64,000 nucleotides of DNA from Pseudomonadota bacterium (GTDB lineage: Bacteria > Desulfobacterota > Binatia > Binatales > Binataceae): positions 185,777-249,776 of the forward strand of contig JAJPIG010000022.1 of NCBI GenBank assembly GCA_021324855.1, read 5' to 3'. This document shows positions 21,591 through 30,854 of the stretch, piece by piece. The notes beneath the pieces were generated by a model. That model searched no databases, was not told where the DNA came from, and was given only the letters and a program-made list of their open reading frames with translations. Position numbers and translations under genes: made by a program. Positions within the stretch are counted from its first letter, which is position 1, and every line of letters begins with the position of its first letter.

Positions 21591-22181
21591 TTGACGATGC
21601 GAGTGATAGCAGGACAAGCACGCGGAAGAAGGATGGCCGCACCGCGCGGACTTGCGACGCGGCCCGCTACGGCGCGCGTGCGCCAATCGATCTTCTCGCG
21701 CCTGCAGGTCCGCATGGCGCTCGAAGGCGCGCGGGTGCTCGATCTCTATGCCGGTTCGGGCTCGCTGGGAATCGAGGCGCTCTCGCGGGGCGCGGCCTCG
21801 GCGGTATTCGTCGATTCGTCCCGCGCGGCCGCGTCGAGCATCAGGCGCAATCTCGAAACGCTTAAGCTGCTCAAGCACAGCGAGGTGATAATCGCCGATG
21901 TGCGCTACGCCCTGGATACGCTCGCCACACGCGGCGCGCAGTTCGACCTCGTCTTCATCGATGCGCCCTATGCTGACGATCGGAGCGCCGAGATACTTGC
22001 GCGAATCGATGCTCTCAATCTGCTCGCCCCCGGCGGATGGAGCGTCGTCCGGCAGGCGGGACGCGCCGCCGAGCCGCATAGCGCCGGCCTCGAGCGGAGC
22101 GCGGGTTCGCTGATGGGCGACCATCGAATTACGCTTTATCGGCGCGGGAGCGCCGCTGAGCACGGCTCGGAAACGGCTTGA
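21591..22181 (+). CDS. rsmD: 16S rRNA (guanine966-N2)-methyltransferase
   Basis: LDLYAGSGSLGIEALSRGA SAM-binding motif and FIDAPY (DPPY-type) motif. Followed by coaD, the conserved pairing. Confidence 0.85.
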   Translation: MTMRVIAGQARGRRMAAPRGLATRPATARVRQSIFSRLQVRMALEGARVLDLYAGSGSLGIEALSRGAASAVFVDSSRAAASSIRRNLETLKLLKHSEVIIADVRYALDTLATRGAQFDLVFIDAPYADDRSAEILARIDALNLLAPGGWSVVRQAGRAAEPHSAGLERSAGSLMGDHRITLYRRGSAAEHGSETA

Positions 22182-22705
22182 CGATGGCGACGGCGCGCAA
22201 CAAAACACCACACTCCGCGATCGCGGTCTATCCCGGGACCTTCGATCCGATCCACAACGGCCATATCGACATCGTCCGGCGATGCGCCGCGATTTTCGAC
22301 CAGGTGGTGATCGCGGTCGCCTACAATCCGCACAAGGATGCGGCGCTGTTCACGCCGGACGAACGGGTCGCGATGATCCGGGAGGCGACCGTCGGGCTCG
22401 GCCCGAACCTGACCGTCGACAAGTTCAGCGGACTCTCGGTCGATTACGCAATGCGCATCGGCGCGCGGATCATCGTCCGCAGCCTGCGCGCGGTAACCGA
22501 CTTCGATTACGAGCTCCAGATGGCGCACATGAACAAGCAGATCGGCCCGGAGGTCGAAACCATCTTCCTGTTCGCCAACCCCAAGCTCTTCTTCTCGGCT
22601 TCGCATCTGATCAAGGAAGTCGCCGCGTACGGCAAGTCGCTGCCCGAGCTGGTCCCGGAATCGGTGCACGCACGCCTGCGCGAGAAGTTATTGAAATCGA
22701 CCTGA
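22178..22705 (+). CDS. coaD: Phosphopantetheine adenylyltransferase
   Basis: AVYPGTFDPIHNGHIDI (T/HxGH nucleotidyltransferase motif). 175 aa. 4-nt overlap with rsmD. Confidence 0.92.
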   Translation: MTMATARNKTPHSAIAVYPGTFDPIHNGHIDIVRRCAAIFDQVVIAVAYNPHKDAALFTPDERVAMIREATVGLGPNLTVDKFSGLSVDYAMRIGARIIVRSLRAVTDFDYELQMAHMNKQIGPEVETIFLFANPKLFFSASHLIKEVAAYGKSLPELVPESVHARLREKLLKST

Positions 22706-22797
22706 CGCGCTGTATGGGCCGCGCGGCGCTCGCCCGTCGATCGGATGGATGGCGGATTGAGGGGCGGAGAATTCAGCGGCCGAACCGGAATCAGATG

Positions 22798-23991
22798 ATC
22801 AAACTAAATCGCCGAATCGCTGCTCTCAAACCTTCCGCCACGATGGCCGCGGAGGCGCGCGCCACCGAACTCAAGGCCGCCGGGGTCGATGTCATCTCGC
22901 TCGCCGCCGGTGAACCCGACTTCGACACCCCCGAGCGCATCAAACAGGCCGCGCGCACCGCGATGGCTGAGGGGCTCACTAAGTACACCCCAGTCGGCGG
23001 GTTGATGAAGCTCCGCCAGGCGATCGCCGCCAAGCTCAAACGCGACAACGGGCTCGACTATGAGCCGGCCGAGATCGTCGTATCGGCGGGCGGCAAACAG
23101 GCCTCCGCCAATCTGATCGCATGCCTGTTCGACGAGGGCGACGAAGTGATCATCCCGACGCCCGCGTGGGTCAGCTTCGTCGCGATGGTCCAGTTGGCTG
23201 GCGCGACGCCGGTGCTCGTTCCATGCGCCGAAGAGCATAATTTTCTGCTGACACCCTCGGACCTGCGCAAGGCGATTACTCCGCGCACCCGCGGGATCAT
23301 TCTGAACTCGCCATCGAACCCAACCGGCGCGGTGTACGGCGCCGAAGAACTGAAGGCGCTCGCGCAGGTTTTGCGCGAAACGGAAATCTGGGTGATGGTC
23401 GACGACGTTTACGAGCACATTGTCTATGACGGCCTCGCGCCGCATTTGTTCAAAATCGATCCGTCGCTGAAGACTCATGGGATCATCTTCAACTCCGTGT
23501 CGAAAACCTATGCGATGACCGGATGGCGCGTGGGGTTCGCAGCCGGCCCGCGCGAGGCGATCGCGGCGGTGGTGCGCCTGCAGGGACAGAACAGCGGCAA
23601 CGCCAATTCGATCGCGCAGGCCGCGGCGACCGAAGCGTACGCCGGCCCGCAGGATGAGGTCGCCGAGATGGTCGCGGAGTTTCATGCGCGACGCGACCTG
23701 GTCGTCGAGCGGGTGCGCAAGCTTCCGGGCTTCAGCCTGCCAAATGTTCCGCGCGGCGCGTTCTATGCCTTCCCGAACGTCTCGGCGCTCCTCGGACGCA
23801 AATGGAAAGGCCAGCCTATCGGCGACGGCAACCGGTTGTCCGAGTTTATCCTCGAGGAAGCGCGAGTCTCCGTGGTGGGTGGCAACGATTTCGGCGCGCC
23901 CAATTACGTGCGGCTCTCGTACGCGACTTCGCGCCAGAATCTCGTCAACGCCTTCGATCGGATCGGCGCGGCGCTCGCGAAACTTGAATAG
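22798..23991 (+). CDS. Aspartate/aromatic aminotransferase (PLP fold type I, class I)
   Basis: MIKLNRRIAALKPS start (ATG 22798), NPTG motif, PLP-lysine context SVSKTYAMTGWRVG. The ORF-track N-terminal extension from 22282 overlaps coaD and is not real. Confidence 0.88.
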   Translation: MKLNRRIAALKPSATMAAEARATELKAAGVDVISLAAGEPDFDTPERIKQAARTAMAEGLTKYTPVGGLMKLRQAIAAKLKRDNGLDYEPAEIVVSAGGKQASANLIACLFDEGDEVIIPTPAWVSFVAMVQLAGATPVLVPCAEEHNFLLTPSDLRKAITPRTRGIILNSPSNPTGAVYGAEELKALAQVLRETEIWVMVDDVYEHIVYDGLAPHLFKIDPSLKTHGIIFNSVSKTYAMTGWRVGFAAGPREAIAAVVRLQGQNSGNANSIAQAAATEAYAGPQDEVAEMVAEFHARRDLVVERVRKLPGFSLPNVPRGAFYAFPNVSALLGRKWKGQPIGDGNRLSEFILEEARVSVVGGNDFGAPNYVRLSYATSRQNLVNAFDRIGAALAKLE

Positions 23992-23992
23992 C

Positions 23993-24421
23993 TCACGGGC
24001 GCGGGCCAGGAACCTTGCCCGTCCGGATGAAGCGGACATAGTCCGCAAGGATTTCAGCGTGATCGAAGGCCAGCGGGGCAGGCGGAGAATCGGGGGCGAA
24101 CAGTCCGATTCCCTTCGCGTCGTCGTCGGCGCGCGGCGTGCCGCGTGCGCGTCCCACGTAGACCACGCTCACTGTCGGACCGCGCGGATCGCGTCCCGGC
24201 CGCGAGTAAACTCCGAGCAGAGCGCGCAGCTCGACTTCAAGGCCGGTCTCTTCTCGCAGCTCGCGTATCGCAGCGCGCTCGACACTCTCTCCGGGATCGA
24301 CAAAGCCACCGGGTATCGCCCATCCGGGCGGAAAATTCCTGCGTTCGATTAAGACGATCCGATCGTCGATTTCGGCAATCACATCGGCGGCCAACGGCGG
24401 GCATTTCGGCGCGGGCATCGA
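23993..24421 (-). CDS. NUDIX hydrolase
   Basis: Nudix box GGFVDPGESVERAAIRELREETGL. Probable start MPAPKCPPL at 24421. Confidence 0.8.
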   Translation of the reverse strand, partial: SMPAPKCPPLAADVIAEIDDRIVLIERRNFPPGWAIPGGFVDPGESVERAAIRELREETGLEVELRALLGVYSRPGRDPRGPTVSVVYVGRARGTPRADDDAKGIGLFAPDSPPAPLAFDHAEILADYVRFIRTGKVPGPRP

Positions 24422-24506
24422 GAAATCGTACCATGACGCAAGTCGCCTCGCATGGCCGCACGATTGACAAGGCAGCTCGTGCGCCACAAAGTTTTCTTTG
24501 AAGATC

Positions 24507-25529
24507 ATGCAGCTCGCTCGCCTCTACGATTTTCACGACATTCGCCTCGAGCGGTCTGAGCGTCCGCGCCCCGGCCCCCACGAAATCCTGGTGCGCACCC
24601 GCGCCTGCGGGATCTGCTCGGGCGACATCATGCCGTGGTATCTCAAGCGCAAAGCGCCAATCGTGCTGGGTCACGAGCCGGTCGGTACAGTCGAGGAAGT
24701 GGGCAGCGCGATCGTTAATTTCCAGCCCGGCGATCGCGTCTTTGTGCATCATCACGCGCCGTGTTTCAGTTGTCATGCCTGCCGTCGAAGAAATTACGTC
24801 CATTGCGAGACCTGGCGGGCGACCAGGATCACGCCGGGCGGGATGGCCGAATATTTCACGGCCGGCGTCGCAAATCTCCGCGATACCTTGCGGCTGCCGC
24901 CCTCGGTCAGCGATGCGGACGGAGTGCTGGTCGAGCCCGCGGCATGCGTAGTGAAATCGCTTCGACGCTCGGGGCTTCGACCCGACGACTCGATCCTGAT
25001 CATCGGGCTCGGCATCATGGGGATGCTGCACGTGCGGATCGCGCGTGCGATGGGCGCTGGAACGATCATCGGCGCGGACCTCGTCGAGCAGCGAACCAGG
25101 CGCGCGATCGAACTCGGCGCCGATGTCGGCCTGGTCGTCAGCGGCGACAATCTTGCCGAGCAGGTTCGCGAAGCGACCCGAGGCGCGATGGCCGATGTAG
25201 TGATCGTCGGTCCGGGTACGCCTGCGGCTATCGCAACCGGTATTGCCGCAGCGGCCTCGGGCGGCACGGTGGTCGAATTCACCTCGACCGCTCCGGAAGC
25301 GGAACTCACGCTCCGCCCATACGATCTCTATTTCCGCGAAATCAACCTGGTGCCGAGCTACTCATGCGGGCCCGACGATACGCGCCAGGCGCTCGCGATG
25401 GTCGAGCGCGGGGTGCTGCGCGCCGCCGACTTGGTCACGCACCGCTTTCCGCTCGAGCGCATCCACGAGGCCTTCGCCACCGCACAAAAACCGGAGGCGC
25501 TAAAAGTCGTCGTAACATTCGGATTGTGA
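24507..25529 (+). CDS. Zn-dependent alcohol dehydrogenase (MDR family, threonine/sorbitol dehydrogenase-like)
   Basis: GHEPVGTVEEVG catalytic-zinc motif, structural zinc Cys cluster CFSCHACRRRNYVHC, Rossmann GLGIMGM. Confidence 0.85.
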   Translation: MQLARLYDFHDIRLERSERPRPGPHEILVRTRACGICSGDIMPWYLKRKAPIVLGHEPVGTVEEVGSAIVNFQPGDRVFVHHHAPCFSCHACRRRNYVHCETWRATRITPGGMAEYFTAGVANLRDTLRLPPSVSDADGVLVEPAACVVKSLRRSGLRPDDSILIIGLGIMGMLHVRIARAMGAGTIIGADLVEQRTRRAIELGADVGLVVSGDNLAEQVREATRGAMADVVIVGPGTPAAIATGIAAAASGGTVVEFTSTAPEAELTLRPYDLYFREINLVPSYSCGPDDTRQALAMVERGVLRAADLVTHRFPLERIHEAFATAQKPEALKVVVTFGL

Positions 25530-25535
25530 AGAGCG

Positions 25536-26054
25536 ATGGCGTCGAAGGATGCACGCCAATCGCCGAAGTCCGCTGCGGATGCCGCTGGGCCTCCCGCAAT
25601 CAGACGCTTTCGGCGCAACTTCCGATGGAACAGCGTCGCGCTCGAACCGTATAAATTACGTGTTCATCGCGGCGGTGAGTTCGCCGGCGCTTCGCGGCAG
25701 GTGATCGCCGGGAAGCACGGCGAGCCGATCGCCTTCGAGTTGCGTTATTTCGAACTCGCGCCCGGCGGCTTCACGAGCCTCGAGCGCCATCGGCATTGCC
25801 ATGTCGTGATCGGGATGCGCGGGCGCGGCCGGGTGCGCATCGGCGGAGATGAGCATCGGATAGCACCCTTCGATGCGATTTACATCGCGCCCCATCAGCC
25901 TCATCAATTGCGCGCCGACCGACGCACGCCGTTCGGATTCTTTTGTATCGTCGACCGGCGCCGCGATCGGCCGCGTCCGATACGAGATGAGCGCAAAACC
26001 GCTTTCGAGACCAGACTCGCGGTGGAACAAAAGAAGCGAGGGCGACCGGGTTAA
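25536..26054 (+). CDS. Cupin domain protein
   Basis: Cupin_2-like two-His motif region ERHRHCHVVIGMRGRGRVRIGGDEHRIAPFDAIYIAPHQPHQL. Confidence 0.55.
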   Translation: MASKDARQSPKSAADAAGPPAIRRFRRNFRWNSVALEPYKLRVHRGGEFAGASRQVIAGKHGEPIAFELRYFELAPGGFTSLERHRHCHVVIGMRGRGRVRIGGDEHRIAPFDAIYIAPHQPHQLRADRRTPFGFFCIVDRRRDRPRPIRDERKTAFETRLAVEQKKRGRPG

Positions 26055-26064
26055 CCCAGTCGCC
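26041..26064. terminator. Hairpin (10-bp stem, 1 mismatch, TTAA loop) spanning the cupin stop codon. Possible bidirectional terminator for the convergent lpp-like gene.
   Basis: GGCGACCGGG-TTAA-CCCAGTCGCC. On the minus strand it is followed by CTCGCTTCTTTTGTTCC. Confidence 0.35.
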
Positions 26065-26106
26065 CCCCATACCTCAAACCCTGTACTGAACTTCTAAACC
26101 CCGGCT

Positions 26107-26523
26107 TTACGGCGTGGCCGGAGCAGGGGCCGCTGGAGCAGGCGCAGGCGCTGCAGCGCCGGTCTCAGCCGGGGCGGAAGCCTTTGCCGCATGGCGACGG
26201 TGACGATGGTGCACTACATGATGCACGTGATGTCCGCCCATCGACGTCTTTGCAGCAATTGCTTCGGCTCGATCAGCCGCTGCCTTCGCATCGGCCGAGG
26301 CCTGCTCGACGCGGGTCGCAGCCGCCTGGGCCTGCTGGGCCGCCGCCTGGGCCTTCTCCGCCGAAGCTTCAGCCGCTTGGGCTGACTGCTGGGCCTGGTT
26401 GGCCGCATTCATTGCCTGCTGTGCCGGATCGGGCGATTGCGAACAGCCCGCCAGCATAGTCAGGCCAAGAGCAAGCCCGGCCATCCCGACCAGCTTCGAA
26501 GTTCTACCCATGAACCCTTCCAT
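26107..26523 (-). CDS. Braun-lipoprotein-like alanine-zipper lipoprotein with His-rich and Ala/Pro-rich C-terminal extension
   Basis: Strong SD AAGGAGG. Lipobox LTMLAGC. Coiled-coil AQQAQAAATRVEQASADAKAAADRAEAIA resembling Lpp. Then GGHHVHHVVHHRHRRH and APAPAPAAPAPATP. Confidence 0.65.
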   Translation of the reverse strand: MEGFMGRTSKLVGMAGLALGLTMLAGCSQSPDPAQQAMNAANQAQQSAQAAEASAEKAQAAAQQAQAAATRVEQASADAKAAADRAEAIAAKTSMGGHHVHHVVHHRHRRHAAKASAPAETGAAAPAPAPAAPAPATP

Positions 26524-26712
26524 CCTTTTCCTCCTTGCTACGCTCAGCCAGGTTCGAAACTACGGAAAAACTTTTCAATCTGAGTTTGCCCGCAAAAAAA
26601 TACCGTTGCAAGCCTACAGAATCTCGGCAAAGCTCGCAACGCGCGCTTGTCACCAGAGTTTGACTTTACGACATTCGACGCTGTCCGGTATGGTGACGTT
26701 CCGCGGTAACCG

Positions 26713-28410
26713 CTAGAAGTCGTCGTCCCCCATACCGCCCATACCTCCCATGCCGCCCATATCGCCCATACCTCCCATACCTCCCATGCCGTGATCATGG
26801 CCATGGCCGTGCGGCATCGCCGCGGGTGCCTTGGGTTTCGGCTTCTCGACGATGGCCGCTTCGGTGGTGATAAGAAGGGCGGCTGCGCTCGCCGCGTTTT
26901 CCAGGGCGGAGCGCACGACCTTCACGGGATCGATCACACCCGCCTTGACCAGGTCTTCGTATTCGTCAGTGCGGGCATTGAAACCGAAATCACCCTTGCC
27001 TTCCGCAACGCGATTGAAAACGATCGACGGCTCGAAGCCGGCATTCGCAGCAATTTGGCGCAACGGCTCACTCATCGCGCGACGGACGGCGTCGGCTCCT
27101 GCCTTCCACTCGGATGCGACCTTGAGATTCTCTACTGCCCGCGATGCTCGCAACAGCGCGACTCCGCCGCCGGCGACAGTACCTTCTTCAACGGCGGCGC
27201 GCAGCGCATGGACGGCGTCATCGACCCGCGCCTTTTTCTCTTTGAGTTCGACCTCGGTCGCGGCGCCGACTTTGATAACCGCAACGCCGCCTGCGAGCTT
27301 CGCCAGCCGCTCTTCGAGCTTCTCGCGATCGTAATCCGAAGTGGTTTCCTTGATCTGCGCACGGATCTGTTCGACGCGTGCCTTGATATCGGACCTTTTG
27401 CCGGCGCCATCGACCAGCGTGGTGTTGTCCTTGTCGATGATCACGCGACGGCATCGGCCGAGATCCTCGAGCTTGACGTTCTCGAGCTTCAACCCGAGCT
27501 CTTCGGCGACCACGCTGCCGCCGGTGAGAATCGCCATGTCAGTGAGCATCTCCTTGCGCCGATCGCCGAAGCCCGGCGCCTTGACTGCAGCGACTTTGAT
27601 GGTGCCGCGGAGCTTGTTGATCACCAGGGTGGCGAGCGCCTCGCCCTCGACATCCTCGGCAACGATCAACAGCGAACGGCTGCTCTGCAGCACGCGTTCG
27701 AGCAGCGGAACCAGCTCGCGCAGATTGGAGATCTTCTTCTCGTGGAACAGGATAAGCGGCTCATCGAGCTCGACCGTCATCCGCTCGGGGTTGGTAACGA
27801 AATAAGGCGAGAGGTAACCGCGATCGAAGCGCATCCCTTCAGTGAGATCCAGCACGGTCTCCATCCCGCGCGCCTCTTCGACCGTGATCACGCCTTCTTT
27901 GCCGACCTTGTCCATCGCGTCGGCGACGATTTTGCCAATCTCAGCCTCGCCGTTGGCGGCGATCGTCGCCACCTGAACCATCCGCTCATGATCGCGCACC
28001 GGCCGCGCCTGCTCCTTGAGGGCGGCGACGGCAGCCGTGACCGCCGCCTCTATTCCGCGCCGAAGATCGATTGGCGGAAGTCCGGCTGCGACCAGGCGTA
28101 TCCCTTCGCGCACGAGCGCGCGGGCGAGAACAGTCGCGGTCGTCGTGCCATCGCCGGCGACGTCGGACGTTTTTTGAGCAACCTCGCGAATCAGCTTGGC
28201 TCCGAGATTCTGAAAGCGATCCTCGAGCTCGATCTCCTTGACCACGCTCACTCCGTCCTTGGTGACGAGCGGAGCGCCGAAGCTGCGCTGAATTAAAACG
28301 TTGCGTCCTTTGGGGCCCAGGGTGACCCGGGCGGCTTCGGCTACCAGCGTGGCACCGGCAACGATACCGGTGCGGGCGTGCTCATGAAGTTCAACCTGTT
28401 TGGCGGGCAT
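26713..28410 (-). CDS. groEL: Chaperonin GroEL (60 kDa), orphan copy without adjacent groES. C-terminal His-rich plus GGM tail.
   Basis: Full-length GroEL similarity ([38 protein letters not shown]). Tail [33 protein letters not shown]. No GroES-sized ORF within 400 bp upstream. Confidence 0.93.
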   Translation of the reverse strand: MPAKQVELHEHARTGIVAGATLVAEAARVTLGPKGRNVLIQRSFGAPLVTKDGVSVVKEIELEDRFQNLGAKLIREVAQKTSDVAGDGTTTATVLARALVREGIRLVAAGLPPIDLRRGIEAAVTAAVAALKEQARPVRDHERMVQVATIAANGEAEIGKIVADAMDKVGKEGVITVEEARGMETVLDLTEGMRFDRGYLSPYFVTNPERMTVELDEPLILFHEKKISNLRELVPLLERVLQSSRSLLIVAEDVEGEALATLVINKLRGTIKVAAVKAPGFGDRRKEMLTDMAILTGGSVVAEELGLKLENVKLEDLGRCRRVIIDKDNTTLVDGAGKRSDIKARVEQIRAQIKETTSDYDREKLEERLAKLAGGVAVIKVGAATEVELKEKKARVDDAVHALRAAVEEGTVAGGGVALLRASRAVENLKVASEWKAGADAVRRAMSEPLRQIAANAGFEPSIVFNRVAEGKGDFGFNARTDEYEDLVKAGVIDPVKVVRSALENAASAAALLITTEAAIVEKPKPKAPAAMPHGHGHDHGMGGMGGMGDMGGMGGMGGMGDDDF

Positions 28411-28595
28411 CGATCTTCCTCGTCTGTGTAAACTGTATGAATCTATTGCAGGCCCGCGGCAGAGCGATATCCGATGCGCCGCGCGACCGGTTTCAAAATT
28501 AAGCAGCCTGCAGCAGTTTGCAAGAGCAACGCACTTTTCGATTCAGCGTCGGCGTGCAAGGATGAAATTGGGTGAGGAGAGAGGCCCGCTGAAGC

Positions 28596-28982
28596 ATGGA
28601 ACCATCCAAGTCGGCCCGAATTCGCGATTTGATAATGGCCGGAACGATCCTGGTCTCGGTTCTGATCCTGTTCGCCGCGGTCGCGTTCCGCTCGGGTGCG
28701 TTCGGCCCTTCGAGTGCCTTCACGCAGGACTCCGATGAAAGCGTCAGCGATAACGATACCGTTCCGCCCCAGCAGGTCGAGAAATATGTCGCGGTGTACC
28801 GGGCAATGCAGCGGAACCACAGCCTCACCGTTGAGCAGGCATGCGCCCAGCAAGGCCTGACTGTCCCCGTTTTCCGGGGCATCGAACGTAAAATTGAGCG
28901 GAACGATCAGCTCAGGAACCGGGTGCGCGACGAATTGCAGCGGAAAAACTCTCCACCGAACCCGTCACGTACTGCTCCGTAG
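28596..28982 (+). CDS. Hypothetical single-pass membrane protein
   Basis: N-terminal TM LIMAGTILVSVLILFAAVAF, then a hydrophilic domain (QQVEKYVAVYRAMQRNHSLTVEQACAQQGLTVPVFRGIERKIERN). Preferred over the overlapping minus ORF 28443-28853, which has no features. Confidence 0.4.
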   Translation: MEPSKSARIRDLIMAGTILVSVLILFAAVAFRSGAFGPSSAFTQDSDESVSDNDTVPPQQVEKYVAVYRAMQRNHSLTVEQACAQQGLTVPVFRGIERKIERNDQLRNRVRDELQRKNSPPNPSRTAP

Positions 28983-29076
28983 GCGTGCAGGGCGGAGGCC
29001 TTCGAAATCCCGACTTGAAAACGCGGGACAAGCAGAGGGTCGCTGCTCATCCCGCGATTACCAATCTCGCGGACGA

Positions 29077-29358
29077 TTACTTCGTTACCGAGCTGGAGAA
29101 CTCAGCTTCGAGTCGCGCAACCGCGTCGTTAGCCCGGGCCACAGCAGCCTGCGCCGCGTTCGCGCCGTCGTCAGCCTGCTTAGCTGCCGTTTCAGCCTGG
29201 TTGGCCGCGTTCTCCGCGTTTTGGGCGGCCGCCTGAGCCCGCGTCGCTGATGCTTGCGCCGATTGCGTCGATTGATTGATCGCGTTCATATCCGGCCCGC
29301 AAGCGCTCATCACGGTCGCCGCGGCGAGAACTCCACAGAGAGTCAGCAGCTTCTTCAT
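29077..29358 (-). CDS. Braun-lipoprotein-like alanine-zipper lipoprotein ending in a C-terminal Lys
   Basis: Lipobox TVMSAC. AAVARANDAVARLEAEF is comparable to E. coli Lpp AARANQRLDNM. Ends ...SSVTK like Lpp, whose terminal Lys is the peptidoglycan-linking residue. SD GGGAGGAA. Confidence 0.6.
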   Translation of the reverse strand: MKKLLTLCGVLAAATVMSACGPDMNAINQSTQSAQASATRAQAAAQNAENAANQAETAAKQADDGANAAQAAVARANDAVARLEAEFSSSVTK

Positions 29359-29603
29359 CCCAGCGTTCCTCCCACTGAAAACAGAAATTTGATTTGCGTC
29401 GTTAGTGAGATGGCCTTCAGAATACCGTCAGGCCATAAACCGCGACCATACTGACAAATCACCATATGCGAGGCAAGCTGATTTCCATTGGATGCGACGA
29501 ACCGAGCTCGCACGGAACTCCCATTGATCTCCGGACGCATCGCTCATGATATATTGCGCGCATCGCTGGTTGAACATCTCAACGCCCCGCAAGGGCTGAT
29601 GGC

Positions 29604-30086
29604 TTGGCGCAGGTTAAGATCAACATAAGGGACGCTGCCAGCCGCGACCTGCCGCGGATTTTTGAGATCGAGCGGCTCGCCTTTCCACATCCTTGGAGTT
29701 TGGATTCGTTTCGTCGGGAACTGGCGCTACCGTTCTCAAGAATTCTGGTGGCCGATGCCGATGAATCTGAAGGGAGACCGCTCGCCGGATTCCTATGCCG
29801 ATGGCTGGTTGCGGAAGAATGCCACATCCTGAACGTCGCAGTTCATCCCTCGATGCGCCGGCTGGGGATCGGCGCAGACCTGATGGCCGAAGCGATAGCC
29901 GAATCAAAAGCGAAGAACATCCACTTGATTACCTTGGAGGTAAGACGCTCGAATCTCGCTGCAAGGACGCTTTATCGCAAACTGAATTTCGAGGAACGTC
30001 GTTTGAGAAGGAACTATTACGGCCTCGGCGAGGATGCCATCGTGATGGAACTGGAGTTGAAATCCTCCCAACTTGGTCGAAAATGA
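29604..30086 (+). CDS. rimI: Ribosomal-protein-alanine N-acetyltransferase (GNAT)
   Basis: RIFEIERLAFPHPWSLDSF...ILNVAVHPSMRRLGIGADLM...RRNYY matches the RimI pattern. TTG start. Confidence 0.75.
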   Translation: MAQVKINIRDAASRDLPRIFEIERLAFPHPWSLDSFRRELALPFSRILVADADESEGRPLAGFLCRWLVAEECHILNVAVHPSMRRLGIGADLMAEAIAESKAKNIHLITLEVRRSNLAARTLYRKLNFEERRLRRNYYGLGEDAIVMELELKSSQLGRK

Positions 30087-30171
30087 ACTATGTTATAAAA
30101 TCCGAACACCAACGACTCGTTTCCAATCATAGAGGCTTACAAACCGCCACCAAATATGCCATAATGTTTGC

Positions 30172-30783
30172 ATGCCTCAGGCTCGAAGAACCGCAATGAT
30201 GCACCGAGTGTCGTCAAACACGAAATCAACGATCCAGCCGCCTCCGAATCTAAAATCTGCGCCCATTCCTCCCCGTCCCAAGACCGAAGGCAACTCGTCG
30301 TTCAAAAAAGGTGAGAAAGTTGTCTATCCTGCTCACGGCGTCGCAGTAATCGACGATATTCAGGTCCGCGTAATTTCCGGCACCGAGCGCCGCTTTTATA
30401 TGCTGAAAATTCTCGGCGCGGAAAAAACGACCATTATGATTCCCACCGAGAACGTCGATGCCGTCGGACTGCGCCGCGTTATCGGCAAGGACATGGTCGA
30501 CAAAATCTACCGGATCCTGCGGCAACGCAAGGTCGAAGCTGACACCCAGACTTGGAATAGGCGCTACCGCGAGTACACCGAGAAAATCAAAACCGGCTCC
30601 CCACTCGAGATCGCAAAGGTGCTGCGCGACCTGCTGGTGCTTAAGGGTGACAAGGAACTTTCTTTCGGAGAGCGCAAGATGCTCGATACGGCACGTAGCT
30701 TGCTGGTTAAGGAGCTTTCGATTGCCAAGGCGCACTCTGAAGAGAAGATCATGGAAGAACTCAAGACCATCTTCGCCAACTGA
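30172..30783 (+). CDS. carD: CarD/CdnL family RNA-polymerase-binding transcription factor. The N-terminal 40 aa may be an over-extension.
   Basis: CarD_CdnL_TRCF domain FKKGEKVVYPAHGVAVIDDIQVRVISGTERRFYMLKI plus a C-terminal helical domain. Followed by ispD, as in actinobacterial carD-ispD-ispF loci. Confidence 0.8.
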   Translation: MPQARRTAMMHRVSSNTKSTIQPPPNLKSAPIPPRPKTEGNSSFKKGEKVVYPAHGVAVIDDIQVRVISGTERRFYMLKILGAEKTTIMIPTENVDAVGLRRVIGKDMVDKIYRILRQRKVEADTQTWNRRYREYTEKIKTGSPLEIAKVLRDLLVLKGDKELSFGERKMLDTARSLLVKELSIAKAHSEEKIMEELKTIFAN

Positions 30784-30810
30784 CGGCGGCACACTGACGA
30801 TTTTCTCCAA

Positions 30811-30846
30811 GGGACCAGATGACGCTCTGGTCCCTTTTTTGTTTTG
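30811..30846 (+). terminator. Rho-independent terminator after carD
   Basis: Perfect 8-bp stem GGGACCAG / CTGGTCCC with an 8-nt loop, followed by TTTTTTGTTTTG. Confidence 0.7.
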
Positions 30847-30854
30847 ATGAAGCT

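Noticed and set aside
21354-24048. Long minus-strand ORFs 21354-22211 and 22804-24048
   Set aside because: Antisense to rsmD/coaD and to the aminotransferase respectively. No motifs.
26540-26560. GGTTCGAAAC T-loop-like sequence checked as a possible tRNA
   Set aside because: No acceptor, D-stem or anticodon stem can be built around it. No tRNA could be supported anywhere in the window.
26791-28296. 501-aa plus-strand ORF
   Set aside because: Entirely antisense to groEL, whose identity is unambiguous. A typical GC-rich mirror frame.
28443-28853. 136-aa minus-strand ORF between groEL and the second lpp-like gene. Considered as a possible groES.
   Set aside because: The sequence has no GroES features (no mobile-loop motif, wrong length). 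The overlapping plus-strand ORF 28596-28982 has a clean TM helix and hydrophilic domain, so it was preferred.
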